A stretch of 64,000 nucleotides of DNA from Candidatus Micrarchaeia archaeon (lineage in GTDB: Archaea; Micrarchaeota; Micrarchaeia; CABMEP01): contig JAVZPM010000001.1 in NCBI GenBank assembly GCA_038881595.1, forward strand, positions 19,562 to 83,561, given 5' to 3'. Under the pieces are notes generated by a model. It saw nothing but the letters and a program-made list of their open reading frames with translations. It had not been told where the DNA came from and searched no databases. Shown here piece by piece: positions 1-9,161 of this stretch; position 1 is the stretch's first letter, and each line of letters begins with the position of its first letter. Made by a program: the position numbers and the translations under genes.

Positions 1-1260
1 ACCATCGAAATAAAATGAACCTAAATTCTGAACATTATTCGTTCTTATTCCTATAATGTCAACCGTATCTGAAGCAGTCGGATTTGTATAAAGATTTAGC
101 CATGCACCTGATCCACTATAAGTTGAAATCGTTGTTGTAGCGCTTGTACATTGCGGAGCACATGACCTTACAGATAAAGTTGAGCCGCTGCCTCCATCTG
201 TATCCCAAACTAACCTACCTGAATTACCATCTGGTAGCCATGCAAAATCTGCAAGAAAAGAATTTATCGCATCAACTGCGGTATCTATATTAGATGTTAC
301 AGACCAAGATGCACCATTCCAATATGCTGTACCAAGATCAGAAGCGCTATCTACAAATACTGCCTGCATAGTATTTGAAACTGGATTTGGAATTAAATCT
401 AACCAGTATGCATCTGCCGCATCTAGTGGATCAATATCAAAATCCGGACTATTTACCCATGTAGTTCCACTCCAGTAATAAGTAGCTATATTTCCTGTTG
501 TTCCGTCTCCTGCAGCAACCATCCCTTGATTTCCACTATAAGTATAAGCTACAGCTATTGCTTTGTAACCCCCTGTAGATGGAGCATTAGCTGTGATTTC
601 TTGAATATTTCCAAATGAATTTCCATTCCACACATATGCAACCGCATCAGTACTCGTAGAATCAAATCCAACAAATATTATCTCCTCACTATTTGTTGGT
701 TTTCTAGCAGCTTCAACCCAAGTATATTGAATATCATTTGTTTGTGTTGTATCGTCAATACATATTTCTGGGCCAAATGTTGTTTCGTTTGCAAGCATCA
801 CACGATAAGCTAAATCACAAGTAGTACTTGCACTTACAATTGAATAGACAACTATAAGATCTCCAGTTGAAGTTTCATATTCAAAATCAAATCTTCTTGA
901 TGAAGTAGCTGGTGCTGTTGTCCATACTTGACCGAAATTATTAGTAATGTTCCATTCCACTCCATCAAATGACACATATGCGTCTAAATAACCGTCATCG
1001 CTTTGTGTAATAATTACTCTCTTAGGAGAAACTGGTGAGTATTTTATTAAGGCATATCTTATAGGGGATCCAGCTGTTGGGAGTTCAAATTCTGCACTGT
1101 AACTACCTGTACCAGCTGATGACCAATTTTTTAATTTAGGACTACTAGTTGTAAATGTTCCTGTATTAGAACGATAGACTGCAGTTCCATTTGTTGCATA
1201 AATTAACGAAGTGATTAATATGGACAGTATAAATAAACTTAAAATTTTTAACTTTAACAT
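1..1260 (-). CDS. Secreted Thr/Ser/Asn/Gly-rich protein, partial (start at 1260; C-terminus lies before window start)
   Basis: ATG at 1258-1260 (reverse strand) opens MLKLKILSLFILSILITSLIYA, a Sec-type signal peptide. Many N-x-S/T sequons follow. It lies directly downstream of the pilin gene. It is absent from the ORF track because it runs off the window edge. Confidence 0.5.
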   Translation of the reverse strand, partial: MLKLKILSLFILSILITSLIYATNGTAVYRSNTGTFTTSSPKLKNWSSAGTGSYSAEFELPTAGSPIRYALIKYSPVSPKRVIITQSDDGYLDAYVSFDGVEWNITNNFGQVWTTAPATSSRRFDFEYETSTGDLIVVYSIVSASTTCDLAYRVMLANETTFGPEICIDDTTQTNDIQYTWVEAARKPTNSEEIIFVGFDSTSTDAVAYVWNGNSFGNIQEITANAPSTGGYKAIAVAYTYSGNQGMVAAGDGTTGNIATYYWSGTTWVNSPDFDIDPLDAADAYWLDLIPNPVSNTMQAVFVDSASDLGTAYWNGASWSVTSNIDTAVDAINSFLADFAWLPDGNSGRLVWDTDGGSGSTLSVRSCAPQCTSATTTISTYSGSGAWLNLYTNPTASDTVDIIGIRTNNVQNLGSFYFDG

Positions 1261-2309
1261 GGATTCACCACAAATGAATAATTTACATGATAAATTGAAT
1301 AATTAGCATAAACTGTGTAAGAACCTGGCATGCCTGTTGCATTCCATACTTCTGAATAAGATCCAATTGAATCTACCTGAACAAGCTTTGGATAACCTGG
1401 CATACTTCCAGAAGAATTCCTTAAATCTAAAGTAATGTTAGAGTAAGGAATCCATCCTGTTGTAGTTATCTGAACTAATGGTGGCATTGAAAAGATTGTG
1501 GATGGAACTGAATATCCTGAATCTTTGTAGGTTTCAAGAAGAATATATGATACATTTGAAGTAGGTCCTCCGCATGTCTGAATATTTAAGATTATTGGAA
1601 CTATAACACTATAATTAGAAGAATTGAATAAAATATTTCCTGTAAACATACCTATTGTATTTGCAGAGATATTGAATGTGATGTTCGCTTCTCTACTTTC
1701 AGTAGTTGGAATACTAAATGAATAAGAAGAGAGAGAAACATTAACATAAGGTGAATTGAAACTAACTTGTGCATCTACTTGTATTGCATCTTGATTATTG
1801 TTAATGATTTGAATTGTATCATTTAAATATTGCGGAGAAGATGAACTGCATAATTGTAGGGAAACAAAATATTTTGATAAAGAAAATTGAGCTATCCCAA
1901 CTGAAACCGAACCACCATAGGAAGTAAATACAACTTCGTGTGATCCGGGAGTTGCGGATATCTTTCCAGTGATTGGGAAGTTTAATGGATATGACAGATC
2001 TGTTCCTTCAAAAACTATACGTAATGTATTATTAACTATCTCTCCATCTCCTGAAATACCATTTGGAAACACTATTCTTTTAATAACTTTAGCTCCTGCT
2101 CCTTGCTGATATGCCTGTGTTGCACCATCCGCAATTTCTTTTAATGCAAGCTTTGCCTGCTCAAGTCTTTGTTGTTTATTTACAATCGATAATTGTTCAT
2201 TAGCAACATAAACCACAATTGCAAAAAATATGATTGTAAATGAAAATAAGATTATATATTCCAGTCCACCTTGGCCTTTCTTTTTATCTATTTTCAACAT
2301 CAGCATCAC
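1254..2309 (-). CDS. Type IV pilin/archaellin-like protein with class III (prepilin) signal peptide
   Basis: N-terminus MMLMLKIDKKKGQGGLEYIILFSFTIIFFAIVVYVA. A basic stretch and KG-Q precede a long hydrophobic helix. Glu and Tyr sit at about +5/+6 after the putative cleavage site. The body carries more than 10 N-x-S/T sequons. It is adjacent to the FlaH/FlaI/platform genes. Confidence 0.6.
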   Translation of the reverse strand: MMLMLKIDKKKGQGGLEYIILFSFTIIFFAIVVYVANEQLSIVNKQQRLEQAKLALKEIADGATQAYQQGAGAKVIKRIVFPNGISGDGEIVNNTLRIVFEGTDLSYPLNFPITGKISATPGSHEVVFTSYGGSVSVGIAQFSLSKYFVSLQLCSSSSPQYLNDTIQIINNNQDAIQVDAQVSFNSPYVNVSLSSYSFSIPTTESREANITFNISANTIGMFTGNILFNSSNYSVIVPIILNIQTCGGPTSNVSYILLETYKDSGYSVPSTIFSMPPLVQITTTGWIPYSNITLDLRNSSGSMPGYPKLVQVDSIGSYSEVWNATGMPGSYTVYANYSIYHVNYSFVVNPC

Positions 2310-2345
2310 TCATCTATTTTTTTAAATTCCATTAGCTTTTAATGA

Positions 2346-3674
2346 TTAAAGTTTTCTTTCCGAAGAGCCAAAAAATAATCTCTCATTTGGGTAGATAACT
2401 ATTCCTCTATTTGTAAATGCAAATGGTCTTGCAACCTCTGTATGATTTACACCTGTCATCTTCCATATTTCTATACCTCTAATCTGAACCCCTTCTGATG
2501 ATCTCTTATGGATCATATAAACTATTCCATCAGCAAGAAACTCTGCCACTGCTGTAGACGGATTAGAAGGAAGATCAGAAGACCATTCATTGAGAAGTAA
2601 GGTAGTCACATTAAATTTCTTAAATACACTGAAAAGCCTTACTAATGCCAATCTTGCCTTGTACGGATCATTGAATTGCATGAGATAGGGAGTTATTGTA
2701 TCAACAACTACTCTCTTGATATTGTAGCTTGTTATTATGTCATATAGAGTTCCACCTTCCTCTTGCATGATCTTTGCAACTTCATGAGGTTGGTATTCTA
2801 AAAAGAAGAAAAGATTTTTGTCCTCAAGTTTTTGAAAATCCATTCCAAAATTTAGCATTCTAGAATATATGGTTTCTCTTGATTCTCCGAAACTTATGAA
2901 GAGGCCTGCCTCTCCATTTTTTGCTGCCTCGTACAGAAATTGTAAGCCAAAAATTGTTTTTCCACTTCCCGCATTACCATTGATCAGCACAACTGATCTC
3001 TCTTCTATTCCTCCTCCGCACATCTCATCAAAGCCAGGAATTCCTGTTTTTATTAATTTTGGTTTTTCTGCTTCAACTCGAGGCTTCTTTATTGTTGCTA
3101 ATGTTTTTATTGTTTGAATATCTGTTTCTGGAACTCCATAACTGACTTTCTTAATCTCTTTTTCTAACTTTGCAACCTTTTTTTCTTCATTTTTAGAAGG
3201 GACTGATTCATGTAAAATTGATTTTATTTCAGCATTTTCTTTAAATTCTGATTTTGGTGTAATTATGTGTTCGATATGTGGTTCCTTTTCCGCAATTTTT
3301 CTTTTTTGGGGTGCGTATTCTATCTCTTTTATTTCTTCCAGTATTTTCTCAATTGCTTCTTTGTGTGACTTTATCTCTTCTTCTTTTTTAACATTTTTAA
3401 TTGTCTTTGATTTCTTCTTCATCTTCAATGACTTAGTTGGCTTTTGATTGATTGATTGTTTTTTATTTTTCTTTGTTTTTTCTACTTTCTTTTTGATTTC
3501 ACTATTTTGTTTTAAATTTTTCTTTATTTTTCCAAAAAAGTTAGATTTAGTTTTTGAAGTTTTAGTCTTATCTTCTTTTTGCCTAGTCTTGCCTACTCTT
3601 TTTTTATCCTCTTTTTTCTTAGGAATATTGAACAAATTTAAATTCAAATTAAGGCCTTCTTTTTTCTTAGTCAT
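2346..3674 (-). CDS. KaiC/RecA-superfamily ATPase (FlaH-like) with ~190-aa Lys-rich disordered N-terminal extension
   Basis: C-terminal ~250 aa read GIPGFDEMCGGGIEERSVVLINGNAGSGKTIFGLQFLYEAAKNGEAGLFISFGESRE, with Walker A GSGKT in a KaiC/RadA fold. The N-terminus is a K/E-rich low-complexity region. Confidence 0.75.
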   Translation of the reverse strand: MTKKKEGLNLNLNLFNIPKKKEDKKRVGKTRQKEDKTKTSKTKSNFFGKIKKNLKQNSEIKKKVEKTKKNKKQSINQKPTKSLKMKKKSKTIKNVKKEEEIKSHKEAIEKILEEIKEIEYAPQKRKIAEKEPHIEHIITPKSEFKENAEIKSILHESVPSKNEEKKVAKLEKEIKKVSYGVPETDIQTIKTLATIKKPRVEAEKPKLIKTGIPGFDEMCGGGIEERSVVLINGNAGSGKTIFGLQFLYEAAKNGEAGLFISFGESRETIYSRMLNFGMDFQKLEDKNLFFFLEYQPHEVAKIMQEEGGTLYDIITSYNIKRVVVDTITPYLMQFNDPYKARLALVRLFSVFKKFNVTTLLLNEWSSDLPSNPSTAVAEFLADGIVYMIHKRSSEGVQIRGIEIWKMTGVNHTEVARPFAFTNRGIVIYPNERLFFGSSERKL

Positions 3675-3786
3675 ATTATGAATTTAATATGTAGATTTAA
3701 AAATCTAATTTAAATAGGCGTTTATAGAAAAAGATGAATAAGATAGAAAAAATAGGAAAAAGAATTAATTATAATAAAGAAAATAT

Positions 3787-4104
3787 TTATTCTTTGGAAA
3801 CGGATTCAATCCAAGCCATTATCTGGGGAAGAGACATTACTCCGATTCTTCCACTTACCGGCTTTCCATCTTTGAAAAGCACCATTGTTGGAATACTTGA
3901 TACTCCAAATAAAGCTGCTAATGATTGATTCTCATCTACATTCACTTTTATAACTTTTACCTTACCTGTTTTGTCAACTTCTTCAAGTATAGGGGCTAAC
4001 ATTCTGCATGGACCACACCATGGAGCCCAAAAATCAACAAGAACCATTCCTTTTGATTTCATTACTTCTTCTTCGAAGTTTTGTTCGTTTATTTCTTTTG
4101 GCAT
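3787..4104 (-). CDS. trxA: Thioredoxin
   Basis: WCGPC active-site motif in a 105-aa thioredoxin fold. Confidence 0.9.
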   Translation of the reverse strand: MPKEINEQNFEEEVMKSKGMVLVDFWAPWCGPCRMLAPILEEVDKTGKVKVIKVNVDENQSLAALFGVSSIPTMVLFKDGKPVSGRIGVMSLPQIMAWIESVSKE

Positions 4105-4244
4105 TATCCCACCTATTTAAAATAAAGTAAGTAATAATGGTGCATAAAGTATCATAAAGCTTTGCTCAAAAACGAAAAATGAGATTGTTACATTGCAAAA
4201 ATAGAAATAAAAATATAAATGGCTTATTGAAATTGATTTAAAAT

Positions 4245-4637
4245 TTAGGAAACTATCTTTGCATTTACAACTCCATCCTGACCAGGTCTACTTGTTACTT
4301 TTGCTTTTCCTACTTCTGTTTCTATTATAACTCCCTTAGTTATTATGTTCATTCTCTTGTAGTTTGGATTATTTGGAGAATCAAGTACTGATTTTATCTT
4401 TGCTCTTTTAATCTTGCCATCAGGCATTACGACATTTGCATATGCTGCATAAAGAGCGACTATTTTCTTAGATCCTCCTCTTTTTCTTGCCTTTACTCTT
4501 ACATCTGTATCACTGACTTTTGTTGATGCAAAGTGTCCTCCATAATGTGCAAGTTTCTTATCTCTATGTCTTGCAAATTTTGCACCTGTTTTTTTCTTAG
4601 TTTGTTTTGCTTCATGATACTGTTGCATATATTTCAC
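4245..4637 (-). CDS. rps8e: 30S ribosomal protein S8e
   Basis: Contains NIITKGVIIETEVGKAKVTSRPGQDGVVNA, matching the conserved S8e C-terminus, and a basic N-terminus. Confidence 0.85.
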   Translation of the reverse strand: MKYMQQYHEAKQTKKKTGAKFARHRDKKLAHYGGHFASTKVSDTDVRVKARKRGGSKKIVALYAAYANVVMPDGKIKRAKIKSVLDSPNNPNYKRMNIITKGVIIETEVGKAKVTSRPGQDGVVNAKIVS

Positions 4638-4799
4638 CTATTTAAATGTAAATTAAGAAACTATGAGATTCAAATACAGAATCGTTAAATGATTTCTATT
4701 TAAATCTAGTTTATAGATTACTACAGATTAATTAAATATATATGCTATACTTTAAATGCTTTTCCTTTTATTCTTTTTTATCTATTAATTTTTTAGTAG

Positions 4800-5228
4800 G
4801 TGAATAAATTGGAAAAAATGGATATAGAGCTATTTGCTTCATCAAGTGATTTAAATAAAGAAAAAATTCTAGAATATTCAAGAAAATACAAATTCCAAGT
4901 GTTTGACTTAGATTCCGTAGTAAGCAGATTCCAACTAAAACTTGCTTATTATCATGCAATGACTGCGTTTAAGGAAAAAAGAAATATTACAAATGATTTT
5001 ATGTTAGAGTGGCTAGTTAGAGCATCTGGAAAAAGGCAGATAAAAAATGCTATAAATTACTTAGGGTTGAAAAATCCAAAGAGAATAGTAATAGGATTTG
5101 ATAGAAGTAAAACAGATATTAAAAAAGAAAAAATTCTTCAATTAATTAAAGGAAAAGAAATTGAATGGAAAGACAAAGACGATTTAAAAACAATAAGAGA
5201 TATGGTCGAATTAGAAACAGAGGAATAA
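4800..5228 (+). CDS. cgi121: KEOPS complex subunit Cgi121
   Basis: EWLVRASGKRQIKNAINYLGLK matches the conserved Cgi121 motif (M. jannaschii ILVRASGQRQIHEAIKIIG). Size of 142 aa fits. Confidence 0.7.
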   Translation: MNKLEKMDIELFASSSDLNKEKILEYSRKYKFQVFDLDSVVSRFQLKLAYYHAMTAFKEKRNITNDFMLEWLVRASGKRQIKNAINYLGLKNPKRIVIGFDRSKTDIKKEKILQLIKGKEIEWKDKDDLKTIRDMVELETEE

Positions 5229-5229
5229 A

Positions 5230-5988
5230 TTATCTTTTCAACAAAGTTAATGCATCTTTTTTGTTAAAAGAGATAGGAGCATCTATTGTCTTAAGTATAT
5301 AATCCATCATTTCTACACCTATAGAAGGATCTATTTCTGAAAATCTTAAAGCAGCTACAGGATCTGCAGTTTTATCTAAAAGAAGATATAAATACAAACC
5401 TTCTCGTCCATATTGATTAAAGATTTTAAATCCGACAGAACCATACTTTTTCTTAATCTCTTCTGGCCCCATTTTGATGAATGTGGCGCTTTTCTTCTCT
5501 GCTAAAACCCACATTAGATTGTCGACATAATTGAGACCAGAAAAGGTATTAACAGCTAATTCAAGAACATCCACCTTTCCATCAATCATTTCATAAATCT
5601 TCTTTGCAGTTGGACCGAATTTAATAGTTAGCTCTGATATCAATGCGACAGAAGAAATGTTATCAAGCGGCACTTTCTTAGGTATGTCAACAAAAACAAT
5701 TTCTTTAGATTTTATTTCTTCAATCTCTGTCTTTTTCTCTTCGGGTTCTTCTAAATAAATGTACTTCCCTTTTAGTTTGTCTATTATTTCATAAACTTTT
5801 TCTTCTTGCATTGAAAGCTCTTTAGCAATTTCACTAACTGTGAGCTTTTTGTTTGCGAGTCTAAAAATTAAAACTGCATCCGAACCATAATCTAAGTATA
5901 TAGCTCTTTCAAGATCTGAAAGTGACTGTACATTAATATTTAATTCTTTATTGCTTCCCAAGCCTTGATCCATAAAATCACAAATCAC
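5230..5988 (-). CDS. Hypothetical protein (possible N-terminal wHTH)
   Basis: Clean 252-aa ORF divergent from the flaI-like gene. No recognisable catalytic motif. Confidence 0.4.
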   Translation of the reverse strand: MICDFMDQGLGSNKELNINVQSLSDLERAIYLDYGSDAVLIFRLANKKLTVSEIAKELSMQEEKVYEIIDKLKGKYIYLEEPEEKKTEIEEIKSKEIVFVDIPKKVPLDNISSVALISELTIKFGPTAKKIYEMIDGKVDVLELAVNTFSGLNYVDNLMWVLAEKKSATFIKMGPEEIKKKYGSVGFKIFNQYGREGLYLYLLLDKTADPVAALRFSEIDPSIGVEMMDYILKTIDAPISFNKKDALTLLKR

Positions 5989-6087
5989 AATACAAACTTG
6001 TTATATGATATAATTCATCAAATTAATATGTTTTAAAATTAACATTTAAATTATTATGTGTATAACTATTGTTAGTTATAATTAGAT

Positions 6088-6348
6088 ATGATTGTTTTTC
6101 TTCAACATCATCAAATAGGCGATAAAATGGAAAACGTTGATCTTAATGAAGAATACATAACAACAGGAATAGATAAATTCATGCGTTTACTTTACGAAAG
6201 GAAAAGAGTTGAAATATCACAAATAGCTAAGGAAATGAATGTGCCAGAAGAAACAATTGAATATTGGTCATATATTCTTGAAAATCAAGGTTTAGTAAAA
6301 ATTAGCTATACTCTCGCTTCAATATATATAGAATGGATCTCAGGCTAA
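6088..6348 (+). CDS. Small winged-helix protein, putative regulator
   Basis: 86-aa ORF 28 nt upstream of the secretion ATPase. Contains the helix-turn-helix-like segment RVEISQIAKEMNVPEETIEYW. Confidence 0.4.
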   Translation: MIVFLQHHQIGDKMENVDLNEEYITTGIDKFMRLLYERKRVEISQIAKEMNVPEETIEYWSYILENQGLVKISYTLASIYIEWISG

Positions 6349-6375
6349 CTATATTAACCACTCATTGGTGATTAA

Positions 6376-7986
6376 TTGAACGACAAGAATGAAAATAGAG
6401 AAGAACTTGAACTTATGAAAAAAGCGCTTGAAGAAAGGAGAGAGGAAAAAGTAGAGAAGATAAAAGAACATAAAAATGAAACAAGAGAAGAAAAGAAAAA
6501 AGAAATAGAAGAAAAAATACTTGAAAGATATTCTTTTGATGCACAAGGTATACCTGTAGAAGTAACGATCATAGATTCGAAGAAGTATTACACTCCACAA
6601 TACAATATTCAAATCCCACTAATTGCGGAAGGAACTAAACTCATCCTTAATGCCTTGAAAGCAGAACTCATAACAAAAGTTAAGATAGACATTGCAATGC
6701 TTACAGACCAAAGGCAAATGAAAGATATTCAAGCAAAATTCGAAGTTAAGGCTAATGAATTACTTGACAGACAATTCTCTGGCTTAACACCAGAAAAAAG
6801 AAAGGTTCTCTCATCGTACTTAATCCAGCATACGCTTGGATTAGGGGAGCTTGAAATATTAATGTCTGATGAAAACCTTGAGGATATTGTAATAAACAGT
6901 CCTGCAGAACCAATTCAAGTCTATCATAAAAGGCATGGCTGGTGTTCAACAAATCTTTGGATAAGAAGAGATGATACTGTTTATGAATATGCATCTAATA
7001 TAGGTAGGAGAGTTGGGAGACAAATAAATGTATTAAATCCTATAATGAATGCATATCTCCCAAGCGGGGATAGAGTAAATGCAACTCTTAGCCCCATCTC
7101 CACATTTGGAAACACACTTTCGATAAGAAAATTTGCAAAGAACCCATGGACTATTCCGTATCTTATTCAAGTAAAAACTGTAACTCCAGAGGTTGCGTCC
7201 CTATTATGGCTTTGCATACAGAACGAAATCTCATTAATAAGCAGCGGTGGTACTGGATCTGGTAAAACTTCTTTTCTTAACGCTCTTGCATGTATGATAC
7301 CTCCAAACCAGAGAATAATTTCGATAGAGGATACTAGAGAACTTACACTTCCAGACTTCCTACATTGGGTGGCTATGACTACTAGGGAACCAAATCCTGA
7401 AGGTAAGGGAGAAGTCACTATGCTAGATTTAATGATTAATGCATTGAGACAAAGACCAGATAGAATTATAGTAGGTGAAGTAAGAAGACAAAGGGAGGCT
7501 GAAGTACTTTTTGAAGCTATGCATACTGGACACTCAGTATATGCAACCATACATGCAGACAATGCAGAAGAATGTGTAAATAGATTAATTACTCCTCCAA
7601 TAAATATTCCTCAAAGTTCTCTACCTGCGCTTGGAGGAATAGTGACACAATACAGAAATAGAAGAACTGGTATAAGAAGGACGTTTGAATTTGCAGAAAT
7701 AACGAATGAAGGAAAAGCAAACGTAGTTTATAGATGGGATCCGAGAACAGACACAATGAAAGAAGAGAATGCAATAACTAGACTTGGAGAAACGCTCGCA
7801 CTTTACACAGGAATGACTGTTAAAGAAATGAAGATGGATCTATTAGACAAGACAAAAATACTTAAATGGATGGTTGCAAAGAAATATTTCGACATAAATA
7901 CAGTAGGAAGGATAACTGCAGAATACTATAAAAATAGTGATGAAATAATAGAATATGCAACTTCAAATAAAGATTGGTCGTTTTAA
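6376..7986 (+). CDS. Type II/IV secretion system ATPase, FlaI/ArlI/TadA family
   Basis: Walker A SSGGTGSGKTSFLNAL; IISIEDTRELTL; IIVGEVRRQREAEVLFEAMHTGHSVYATIHA (Walker B and His box of the VirB11/FlaI family). Confidence 0.9.
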   Translation: MNDKNENREELELMKKALEERREEKVEKIKEHKNETREEKKKEIEEKILERYSFDAQGIPVEVTIIDSKKYYTPQYNIQIPLIAEGTKLILNALKAELITKVKIDIAMLTDQRQMKDIQAKFEVKANELLDRQFSGLTPEKRKVLSSYLIQHTLGLGELEILMSDENLEDIVINSPAEPIQVYHKRHGWCSTNLWIRRDDTVYEYASNIGRRVGRQINVLNPIMNAYLPSGDRVNATLSPISTFGNTLSIRKFAKNPWTIPYLIQVKTVTPEVASLLWLCIQNEISLISSGGTGSGKTSFLNALACMIPPNQRIISIEDTRELTLPDFLHWVAMTTREPNPEGKGEVTMLDLMINALRQRPDRIIVGEVRRQREAEVLFEAMHTGHSVYATIHADNAEECVNRLITPPINIPQSSLPALGGIVTQYRNRRTGIRRTFEFAEITNEGKANVVYRWDPRTDTMKEENAITRLGETLALYTGMTVKEMKMDLLDKTKILKWMVAKKYFDINTVGRITAEYYKNSDEIIEYATSNKDWSF

Positions 7987-8008
7987 ATATAATTAACAAT
8001 GTGGTAAA

Positions 8009-8212
8009 ATGACTGGAGAAATAACAACTATACGAAAAAGTTTTACAGATACTATTAATGAAATAAAAGAAATGGAAAAACATAAAAAAGAAATACTACC
8101 AAAACAAATAGATGAAGAAGAAGAGGCAGTTGAGATCTTAACTATGGATTATGGAGAGGCTATTTCTGAGCTTAGAAGACTTTATTTAATAAAACGTCTT
8201 ACAAAGAAATAA
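8009..8212 (+). CDS. Small charged hypothetical protein
   Basis: 67-aa ORF filling the gap between the ATPase and platform genes. Coiled-coil-like composition. Unverified. Confidence 0.25.
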   Translation: MTGEITTIRKSFTDTINEIKEMEKHKKEILPKQIDEEEEAVEILTMDYGEAISELRRLYLIKRLTKK

Positions 8213-8248
8213 TTATAAAATAAACGATATATACTTATATACTAATGA

Positions 8249-9157
8249 TTGGAATCGAAAAGGAGTGAAGAAATGGAGGAAATAAAGATTGAAAGTGAAC
8301 CTAAAATTAAAGCAGAACAAGGCATTAAGCAAAGAGATCTTAAGGCTAACTTAATAAATTACACTAAATCTAAATTTCCTTGGTTAGAAAAAAAGATGAG
8401 AGAAGCAGGAATGACACAAACTGTGGATGAATTTGTTGAGAAATCATTGATAAAGGCTGGATTGCTCACTATCTCACTTATAATACTCACTTACATACTT
8501 TTCATGCTCCAGTCAGTTAATATTTTACTTCTCATTCCTATTGCAATAATATATATTCCACTTTCAGTGTTCTTATTTATTCAGCAACCAAAGGCATTGG
8601 CTTCAAGAAGAAGAAGAATGATAGATAAGGAGCTTCTCTTTGCAGGAAGGCATATGTGGATTGCATTGAAGGGAGGGTTGCCTTTATTTGACTCTATTGT
8701 TGCAATATCAAAAAGCAATTATGGAGAAGTCAGCAAGGAGTTCAACAAAATAGCTGAGAAAGTTTTCCTTGGTGTGCCTTTAGATACTGCAATGCAAGAG
8801 ACAATAGAGGACTGCCCTTCTCAATCATTCAAAAGACTAATTTTGCAGATAGTTAACTCTGTGAGATCAGGAGCAGATGTGGCAAATTCATTAGAAACTG
8901 TTTTAGACCAGATATCTAAAGAACAGGTAATAGAGATAAAGGAGTACGGACAGAAATTGAATCCATTAGTAATGTTTTATTTAGTTATGGGAATAATCTT
9001 CCCATCGTTAGGTATAAGTATAGGTATATTGTTATTATCATTTGCAGGTATAAAATTGACAGGTATAAATGTATGGGCATTGGTTCCTTTAATTGCAATA
9101 GTACAATATGCTTTCCTCTCATATATTGAATTAAGTAGACCAAGCTACGAGGTTTGA
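8249..9157 (+). CDS. Type IV filament membrane platform protein, TadB/FlaJ-like (single T2SSF domain)
   Basis: An N-terminal TM segment, a cytoplasmic T2SSF-like domain (LLFAGRHMWIALKGGLPLFDSIVAI ... VANSLETV) and C-terminal TM helices. Confidence 0.8.
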   Translation: MESKRSEEMEEIKIESEPKIKAEQGIKQRDLKANLINYTKSKFPWLEKKMREAGMTQTVDEFVEKSLIKAGLLTISLIILTYILFMLQSVNILLLIPIAIIYIPLSVFLFIQQPKALASRRRRMIDKELLFAGRHMWIALKGGLPLFDSIVAISKSNYGEVSKEFNKIAEKVFLGVPLDTAMQETIEDCPSQSFKRLILQIVNSVRSGADVANSLETVLDQISKEQVIEIKEYGQKLNPLVMFYLVMGIIFPSLGISIGILLLSFAGIKLTGINVWALVPLIAIVQYAFLSYIELSRPSYEV

Positions 9158-9161
9158 ATGT

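Noticed and set aside
3265-3681. Phe/Ser-rich plus-strand ORFs (60 and 77 aa) and 2869-3117
   Set aside because: Antisense to the Lys-rich (AAA/AAG) region of the KaiC-like gene. Poly-Phe is the mirror of poly-Lys codons.
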